Assembly (NCBI GenBank): GCA_005882895.1
Contig: VBBD01000068.1
Span: forward strand, 4,626 to 68,625
Length of the DNA: 64,000 nt
Origin: Candidatus Bathyarchaeota archaeon
GTDB taxonomy: Archaea; Thermoproteota; Bathyarchaeia; 40CM-2-53-6
Direction: 5' to 3'
Part shown: positions 57,424-64,000 of the stretch, in pieces
How positions within the stretch are numbered: position 1 is the first letter of the stretch
Layout of the letters: every line of letters starts with the position of its first letter
Translations under genes and position numbers: made by a program
Notes under the pieces: generated by a model
The model's database searches: none
The model's input: only the letters and a program-made list of their open reading frames with translations
Told to the model about the DNA's origin: nothing

Positions 57424-57588
57424 CGATAGCCAGAAGCCCTCGAATCCTTCACCTTCTAAGCATTCGTAGCCCAATTCGATAAGTTTTGGACTTTGAGGAC
57501 CCTAAGAAATCGGGGACAATTCAAAAGTATTGCGGCACGGAAGTGTACCGAAGTCTGCTTGTCTTCCGAAGATGGCGGGTTGTACGAC

Positions 57589-57867
57589 CTACATTCCGTG
57601 TTTGTCTTTGGTGTGCTGGTTCAAAGCGGCTTCAGAGTTGAACTTAGCACCGCACTTCGCGCAAGCGAACTGTCCAGCACCCGTCGTAGCACCTACACTG
57701 ACCGTCTTCATCATAGCGCCTCCAGCAGCGATAATGGCGCCTAAGACTGCCAGGCCAATGCCTCCGAGCTGAATTGTATGGTGTATGTTCATGGAGTAAA
57801 GGTACCCCCAGGTTCCGAGACCTGCAACGAGTACTACCACTCCCAGTACGAGTATGGGCATTTTCAT
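57589..57867 (-). CDS. Small membrane protein with C-terminal C2H2 zinc finger
   Basis: Two TM helices, then FACAKCGAKFNSEAALNQHTKDKH. Confidence 0.75.
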   Translation of the reverse strand: MKMPILVLGVVVLVAGLGTWGYLYSMNIHHTIQLGGIGLAVLGAIIAAGGAMMKTVSVGATTGAGQFACAKCGAKFNSEAALNQHTKDKHGM

Positions 57868-57996
57868 TTTTCGATCAGCGAGATTCCGTTATTGTTTCCC
57901 ATTTAAGCCATACCAATGACACGATGAATTGCCCCATCTTATCGTGAAGGCTTAACTAAGATTAGGCCGTCGGTAGAGGCCGGGCGTATATGGCCA

Positions 57997-58260
57997 ATGC
58001 CCATTGAAAAAAAGCAACTTTCCAAGAAGGACGTTCAGAAGTTCGATCCAAGTCCTCTCTATCTCTATACAGCGAAGGACGCACTGAACCGTGTCACTGT
58101 ACTCAAAGAAGCGAACAAGGACGCATATCTCATAGCCGGCCGATACTCCGGCAACGACAAGGACAATCGGCTCTACACCTCCCTCAACGAGGAAGAGAGT
58201 AAAGAGATCGAAAAACTTGTCCGAATCGGCAGGAAGGACGCGACGATCAGCTTCCTCTGA
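57997..58260 (+). CDS. Hypothetical protein
   Basis: 87-aa ORF with globular composition. Confidence 0.65.
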   Translation: MPIEKKQLSKKDVQKFDPSPLYLYTAKDALNRVTVLKEANKDAYLIAGRYSGNDKDNRLYTSLNEEESKEIEKLVRIGRKDATISFL

Positions 58261-58294
58261 GCCGCGCTCGGCATAGATATTTCTACATGAAGAA

Positions 58295-58687
58295 GTGGCT
58301 CAGGATAGCATGACTCCTCTCGAAGAGCTCTCGCTTCTTATCTCTGAAAAAGGCCGTCGGATACTTGTCGCGCAAACCGCTGTTGATCTGAAAACCCTTC
58401 AAGGAGAAAACTCGGTCTATATTCTCCAGCTTCCTGAGGAATCTCACGCTGCTGGAGGTCGAGCTGGGGGATTTGGCGAGAGACGCGTCGAGAAAATCTA
58501 CTGCTTCCACTACGAGAACGGTGCCTGTCGTAAGCTCTTTGAAGTTGAGTCTCCTGAGAAATTGGAGAGGTTCGAGCTTCCCTATCATGCCGCTGGCACG
58601 CCTGTGATACTTCCCGACGGGTCCGAGAGAGTTATGTCGGGAGTAATAGATCCGGAATTTGTCGCATCCTACAAGCTAGTTGTCTAG
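58295..58687 (+). CDS. Hypothetical protein
   Basis: 130-aa ORF with AAGGRAGGFG glycine motif. Confidence 0.65.
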   Translation: MAQDSMTPLEELSLLISEKGRRILVAQTAVDLKTLQGENSVYILQLPEESHAAGGRAGGFGERRVEKIYCFHYENGACRKLFEVESPEKLERFELPYHAAGTPVILPDGSERVMSGVIDPEFVASYKLVV

Positions 58688-58711
58688 GGGTCCTGCCAAG
58701 CGAATAAGTCG

Positions 58712-59401
58712 CTAGAGCGCCGCGGATCCTGCGGTTTTCGATAATAAGATGTAAATCGTAGATTGACTGGAAGGTCTCGTAAGTCGCTTCTCCAAGGCCT
58801 GCTTCTCCTCGGGAAGCAAGTCTCGAGCAACATAGATGTCGATCGTCTGGTGCTCCTGTTCGGCAAGTTGTTTCAATCGAGTTTCTAAATAGCCTACTGC
58901 AGAGCGAAAGAAGTTGTCCGGAAGGTCTGGAAGCTCAACATCAACGAGCGTAGTCGGGTCAGCTCTGACGCGTAGCATTTCATAGAGCTCAGGAATATCA
59001 GGTATCTCAATCTTCAAGTGCTCGTGATGAAATTCCTCGATGTCGAATTTCATTCTTCCCCACTTCTGCCTCTTCCATAGTTTCTGGTGATCATTTGATG
59101 AGAGGCCGCTACCAAAATCAGCGTACTCTAGTGTGACGTTCGCGTTTTCCAGGTACTCTGAACGTACGACCCTTCCCCGGTGAACGTACCTGGCGGTCCC
59201 GGCAATATCAGGGGATTTTCCGACATTGTCAATCGGTGAAATATCGTCTGTTATCTGAAAGATGGCAGTTTCGCTGTTTGAGGGACGCGTGGAGAACAGG
59301 AACCGTCGGGCGGCGTTCTTTTGGTCTTCGAAGATTGCCGGGTCGGCGAAAAGGCGTTTGAATCGAAGCCGGACCCTGTAGAAATCTGCTTCAATCACCA
59401 T
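58712..59401 (-). CDS. Hypothetical protein
   Basis: 229-aa ORF; no recognised family. Confidence 0.7.
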   Translation of the reverse strand: MVIEADFYRVRLRFKRLFADPAIFEDQKNAARRFLFSTRPSNSETAIFQITDDISPIDNVGKSPDIAGTARYVHRGRVVRSEYLENANVTLEYADFGSGLSSNDHQKLWKRQKWGRMKFDIEEFHHEHLKIEIPDIPELYEMLRVRADPTTLVDVELPDLPDNFFRSAVGYLETRLKQLAEQEHQTIDIYVARDLLPEEKQALEKRLTRPSSQSTIYILLSKTAGSAAL

Positions 59402-59485
59402 GAGGCGATCATCTCACCGTTTCTCAGCCTAGAGACTCAGCGTAGGCGTGCGTATTCTTTAACTGATTCCAGCCGGACCGTTTAG

Positions 59486-60142
59486 ATGTCCATGTCTCGC
59501 AAAGTACGGGATTACTTCGAGCTCGTCTCTCCTCAGTGGGACGTGATGAGAAAGAACTTCTACGGCGAAGATGTCCGGGAAGCCGTCCTGAACGCCGTTC
59601 ATCTCGGCCCCAGCGATACAGTTCTAGATATTGGCGCTGGAACAGGGTTTCTAACGGAAGCGGCTGCGAAGATCGCCTCGAAAGTAATCGCTGTCGACTT
59701 GTCCAGAGGGATGAGTGAAGAAGCGATTGCGAAGATGGGAAGCGGGAATGTGGAATTTCGAATCGGAAACGTAGAGAGCATGCCACTCCAGGACTCATCT
59801 GTAGACGCTGTAATCGGCAATATGGTCCTGCACCACTGTCCTCATCCTGAGATTGCGATCTCGGAAATCTCTAGGGTGCTCAAACCAAGTGGAAGAATCG
59901 CGATCTCGGACTTGCAAGAGCATAGCTACGAATGGTTGCGGAAGGAGCATGCGGACCTTTGGCTGGGGTTCAGAATGGAAGAGGTCGCTGCGATGATGAA
60001 GAAAAATCGGCTAGATAACGTGAAAGTAGATGCGCTGCCTTCCTGCTGCTCCAGCATGCAAGAAGAACAACAGATTAAGATCCCAATGTTCCTAGCATCG
60101 GCTCTGAAACGGGACTCAAGAGAACGGAAACTTGTCGTTTAG
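59486..60142 (+). CDS. Class I SAM-dependent methyltransferase (UbiE/type 11)
   Basis: VLDIGAGTG, NMVLHH, RVLKPSG, HADLWLGF. Confidence 0.9.
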   Translation: MSMSRKVRDYFELVSPQWDVMRKNFYGEDVREAVLNAVHLGPSDTVLDIGAGTGFLTEAAAKIASKVIAVDLSRGMSEEAIAKMGSGNVEFRIGNVESMPLQDSSVDAVIGNMVLHHCPHPEIAISEISRVLKPSGRIAISDLQEHSYEWLRKEHADLWLGFRMEEVAAMMKKNRLDNVKVDALPSCCSSMQEEQQIKIPMFLASALKRDSRERKLVV

Positions 60143-60152
60143 AACCGTTATA

Positions 60153-60551
60153 CTATGGCGTCAATTTACGTCTGTTGGCTAGTACTCTCGGAGCATGCGT
60201 TAGAGGCTTAAACCGGTTCTTCTCGTCTACAAAGACGATCTTCGGATTCCAGTGTTCGGCCTCTTTCTCGTTCAAAGATACGAACGCTGTGATGATGATC
60301 TCGTCTCCTGGCTGTACTTTTCGTGCGGCTGCACCGTTGAGCGCGATGACTCCGCTTCGTCGTTCGGCGGGGAGTGCATAAGTGGAGAATCGATCTCCGG
60401 TGGAGATGCTCCAGATGTCGACTTTCTCGAATGGCAGAATTCCAGCGGCTTCCATTAGAGACGAGTCTATCTCGATGCTTCCCTCGTAGTTGAGGTCAGC
60501 ACCTGTGACCCTTGCTCTGTGAATCTTGCCCTTGAGCATTCTCAGCTGCAA
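60153..60551 (-). CDS. panD: Aspartate 1-decarboxylase (pyruvoyl, bacterial type)
   Basis: From TTG 60551: MQLRMLKGKIHRARVTGADLNYEG/SIEID with the G24-S25 cleavage site, RFSTY, LNGAAAR. Confidence 0.93.
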   Translation of the reverse strand: MQLRMLKGKIHRARVTGADLNYEGSIEIDSSLMEAAGILPFEKVDIWSISTGDRFSTYALPAERRSGVIALNGAAARKVQPGDEIIITAFVSLNEKEAEHWNPKIVFVDEKNRFKPLTHAPRVLANRRKLTP

Positions 60552-60712
60552 TTTCGCTCTTCTCTGCCTTTTTCCTACCAAGACCAATGTGACTCGCTAG
60601 ATTTGAACCGGGGCTACTGTCTCTCTAGAGAGCTAAAGAGAAGCACGTGTGGACTCGACCTTGCGTGTTCTCGTTAAGTATAGATGGCTGAGTTGATAGT
60701 GGAGTTGAAGCA

Positions 60713-61300
60713 ATGAAGAAGCCATCTGACCCCGCGGACATCGTCCTCAAGGAAATCGAGGCTATCGGAGAACGTTCGTTTATCCCATCTATCGGACCCG
60801 TCAAGGGAAAGATACTCGCGGAGATAGTGAAGAAGACCAAGCCGAAGCGAATACTGGAAGTCGGAGCCCTCTATGGGTACTCTGCCATACTGATGGCCAA
60901 GAACTCGCCACCTAGAGTCGAGATCGTCTCGGTCGAGAAGGACCCGGAACACGTGCGCATAGCCACGAAGAACATCAAGCGGGCAAACATGGAAGAGAAG
61001 ATCACGATGGTAGAAGGAGATGGAAGAACAGAATTGCAGAAACTCTCGGGAAGCTTTGACTTCGTCTTCTTAGACGCGGAAAAGACGCAATACCTCGCCT
61101 ATCTGAAAGCCGTAGAGAAGAATCTTGACAAGGGCAGCGTCATCGTCGCAGACAATGTAGGCATATTCGAGGATCAAATGCAAGACTACCTAGAGTATGT
61201 CAGGAAGAAAGGTCCCTACAAGAGCCGGACAGTGGAGACCCTCCTGGAATTCTCAGACAATACAAAAGACGCTATGGAGATAAGCGAGAAACTAGTCTAG
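60713..61300 (+). CDS. O-methyltransferase
   Basis: ILEVGALYGYS, FDFVFLDAEK, IVADNV. Confidence 0.9.
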   Translation: MKKPSDPADIVLKEIEAIGERSFIPSIGPVKGKILAEIVKKTKPKRILEVGALYGYSAILMAKNSPPRVEIVSVEKDPEHVRIATKNIKRANMEEKITMVEGDGRTELQKLSGSFDFVFLDAEKTQYLAYLKAVEKNLDKGSVIVADNVGIFEDQMQDYLEYVRKKGPYKSRTVETLLEFSDNTKDAMEISEKLV

Positions 61301-61531
61301 TCTTCCAGGGGGACTAGGGGATGGTGAAGAGCTAACGGGATTTGTCTTCTCGTTCAGCTGGGCACTATTCATCGTATTTGAAAAGGTGACACTCCAGATG
61401 CCATGGCCACTCAAGCATTTTCTGATCGGCCAGTTCCCTGGCGAGTTTGAGGCACAGCGTCAAGTTATGCGACTGAGAGGCAACGAAGTGCTGGTTTGAA
61501 AGAGTTGGCGCCGGGCGAGAATTGCCCTCGT

Positions 61532-62122
61532 CTAGAATCGTTTTGTGTCTCGGAGACGTTGCAGTATCCAGAGACGAACCTGCTTATCTCTCCGGTAACG
61601 GGGTCGTAGCTGTGTCGTTCCGCGTGGCCAATATCACGGCCGTAGACGTGAATGCTTGTTGTTGGTTTCCCCGAAATATTGTCGACCCTATGGATGCCAC
61701 GATGACCTAGAACTGTCACTCCACCCCTTGGTGTTGATCTTCTCGCTAACCTTCTCAATCTTCGCAATCTTGGGATTCGATCCATCATCTGTTCTGCGGA
61801 ACAATGCTTCCCGCTCTTCACCATCGTGGACTCCGATGAGCGCCCATGTCAAGTGGTCGTGGATTGGAGTTGTCTGGCCTGGATGCCAGACTCCTCTGAT
61901 TATCGAGAACATCTCGTCGCTTGGCACGTGGATCAGGTTCATCGCGAACCTGTCCTTTCTGGGGCTGAAGGCCTCGGCCGGAACTGATCTGAGACTCCGG
62001 ATGAGCTTCTCGAGAAGCGGTTTGATCTGTCTCAGAACCTCAGACTCGTTTGGGTATTTCCGGACGCATGTGTCGACATCCCTGGCGAACTGGCTGGTCG
62101 AGTATTGCCCGGTTTGCATCAT
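61532..62122 (-). pseudogene. Cysteine dioxygenase-like cupin, frameshifted
   Basis: WHPGQTTPIHDHLTW in ORF 61688-62122; the continuation VTVLGHRGIHRVDN...SIHVYG lies in another frame (shift near 61722); probable second shift near 61552. Confidence 0.75.
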
Positions 62123-62284
62123 GGAGATTTCAGGAATCCCGTACTAATAGCCTTGGTGTCCAGTCGGGCTTGATTGGACAGTAAATGGCGTTCCTAATCG
62201 TTGGGGCCGATTCTACCGGATGACGTGCGCGGAAGTCGTCTAAAACAGAAAGCAATAAGTCAATTCCCCGTAGACTGATTCTCC

Positions 62285-63475
62285 GTGAAGCTCGACAAAG
62301 TCCCCCTCAGGATGGAATTTCTCAGGAAGAAGCTGAAGTGGATTCAGCAGACGATGAGGGAGCAGGGAATAGACATCTGGATTACATTCACGCGGGAGGG
62401 GAACGAGGATCCACTTGCTCAGGATCTGAGGTTCAGTGATCTGACGTGGAGGTCGGCCGCGATAATTGACCAAGATGGAACGAGGACCGCTGTTGTCGGA
62501 AGCTTGGAGGTCGACACGATCAAGCAGAGTAAGTTCTATGACGAGGTTTTTGGGTACGCAAGCGAGGGCATCGCTCCCAAGCTAAAACAGATCATCGGAA
62601 AGAGGAAACCGAGGAGCATCGCAGTCAACTCAAGTTACGACGAGGGTGCTGCAGATGGTCTAACCAGCGGCATGGAAGCCTACCTCAAGCGGGCGCTGAA
62701 GGGATATTCCAAACGGTTCGTGTTAGGGGAGGACTTGGCTATTACGCTGCGTGCGAGGCTCGTTCCCGAGGAAGTCGAACTAGTAAAGAAGGCGATTGTT
62801 GAGTGCGAAAAGATCTATGATGCAGTTGAGGATGCCATCAGGCCGGGTAAGAGGGATAAGTATGTCCACGAGTTCGCCCACAAACTTGTTGCTGAAAAGG
62901 GTCTATCGACAGCGTGGGCTTATGACCGTTGCCCTTCTGTGAATGTTGCTGGTAATCCGATAGGACATATAGGCTATCACAACACGATTATTAGGAATGG
63001 TGATTTTGTCAAGCTCGACTTCGGGGTCAACTATGAAGGCTACTGCAGTGACATCCAGCGAGTCTATTTCGTTGGGCCTGGAAACCTCCCGAGCTCGGTG
63101 AAGCGAATGTTCGAGACTGCTAGGGCTGCGAACGATGCCGCTCTTGCAGAGCTAAAGCCGGGAACGATAGGATACAAAGTCGATAGTGCCGGGAGAAAGC
63201 TGATCGTCAAGAAAGGCTATCCTGAGTACAAGCATGCCTTGGGCCACGTTTTGGGCAGGAGCACTCATGAGATCGGACCCCTACTCGGTCCCAGGTGGCC
63301 GAACCGTTATGGTAAGCAGGTGGAAAAGCCGGTTCAGAAAGACATGGTCTTCACGATAGAGCCCTCAGTCACAAGCAAGCTTGGAACCTGCAATCTAGAG
63401 CAAGATGTCCTGGTAACGGCGAGCGGCTACCAACAACTATCTAAGCCACAGGAAGACATAATCAGGGTCGGATAA
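62285..63475 (+). CDS. M24 family Xaa-Pro peptidase
   Basis: LDFG...YCSDIQR, HALGHVLG..HEIGP, TIEP, LEQDV. Confidence 0.92.
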   Translation: MKLDKVPLRMEFLRKKLKWIQQTMREQGIDIWITFTREGNEDPLAQDLRFSDLTWRSAAIIDQDGTRTAVVGSLEVDTIKQSKFYDEVFGYASEGIAPKLKQIIGKRKPRSIAVNSSYDEGAADGLTSGMEAYLKRALKGYSKRFVLGEDLAITLRARLVPEEVELVKKAIVECEKIYDAVEDAIRPGKRDKYVHEFAHKLVAEKGLSTAWAYDRCPSVNVAGNPIGHIGYHNTIIRNGDFVKLDFGVNYEGYCSDIQRVYFVGPGNLPSSVKRMFETARAANDAALAELKPGTIGYKVDSAGRKLIVKKGYPEYKHALGHVLGRSTHEIGPLLGPRWPNRYGKQVEKPVQKDMVFTIEPSVTSKLGTCNLEQDVLVTASGYQQLSKPQEDIIRVG

Positions 63476-63478
63476 CAC

Positions 63479-63649
63479 TTGGAACCGACCAAGACGTTGG
63501 AGCAGACAACTCACACTTGTCCAGTCTGCGGCACCACAGGACCCTGCACTCGTTCATCTGGGGAAACGGACGAGTTTAGGTATCACAACTGCCACGTCTG
63601 CGGGTCCACCTGGAAGGAGCAAAAAAGCCCGACTAAAGCAAAATCGTAA
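63479..63649 (+). CDS. Small Zn-ribbon protein (paralog of 52259-52456)
   Basis: Not in ORF track. TTG 63479 or 63497; HTCPVCGTTGPC...EFRYHNCHVCGSTWKEQK. Confidence 0.7.
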   Translation: MEPTKTLEQTTHTCPVCGTTGPCTRSSGETDEFRYHNCHVCGSTWKEQKSPTKAKS

Positions 63650-63698
63650 ATGAAACGCTAGACTAGCGCTGTGCGGTCCTTCAGTTCTAATTTCCAGG

Positions 63699-64000
63699 CT
63701 AGTTCGGGTCTGCTACGTGTGCGGGGGGATGTTTTCCCTTTGCGTGGAGGAATAGGTGCTTCGCGGAATGGTACGTGTGTCCTGCGGACAGCGAGACCAG
63801 GCTGGTGAAGACCCAGAAGAACGGCACGCCCTGGATAGTAATATTCTTGATCGTGTATTGGTAGATGCCTTGCACTCCAACGCCGCTTTGGGTGATTACA
63901 ATTTCTGGGGGTGTTGTGAGGAAGACAAAGAGGAGATAGAGTGTGCTGAAGAAACCCGCGAGCGACACGAGACTCATCATGGATTCGACCAGTCTCTCGA
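63699..64000 (-). CDS. Membrane protein, probably 5'-truncated by window edge
   Basis: Two TM segments; the frame is open upstream of ATG 63980 to the window end. Confidence 0.55.
   Translation of the reverse strand, partial: ERLVESMMSLVSLAGFFSTLYLLFVFLTTPPEIVITQSGVGVQGIYQYTIKNITIQGVPFFWVFTSLVSLSAGHTYHSAKHLFLHAKGKHPPAHVADPN

Overview
Archaeal chromosomal segment. radA, rpl37e, aIF-1A, trpB2, thiL, tmk and BHB-intron tRNAs indicate a TACK-type archaeon; a Bathyarchaeia-like soil lineage is my inference and is unverified. It is mostly dense housekeeping and accessory genes. Five tRNA genes (Ala-GGC, Val-GAC, Arg-TCT, Thr-CGT, Phe-GAA) carry 10 BHB-type introns, 7 of them at non-canonical positions, and two are triple-intron tRNAs. 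Degenerate copies of tRNA 3' ends downstream of tRNA-Thr and tRNA-Phe delimit small integrase-less gene cassettes. A ~207-bp non-coding element occurs three times (15.3 kb, 15.5 kb, 49.4 kb). Other notable loci: radA followed by an inactive Zn-ribbon RadA-like gene; a convergent PD-(D/E)xK nuclease / HPPY methyltransferase pair; a polyphosphate cluster (VTC/CYTH, CHAD, Ppx, SixA, CYTH) with no ppk in the window; SufT-PqqD and YdeI-NUDIX fusions; and a bacterial-type panD. Three genes are disrupted (Lon-like protease, VTC-CYTH, cysteine dioxygenase). No CRISPR array, rRNA, integrase or transposase was recognised. All calls come from reading motifs by eye, with no database searches.
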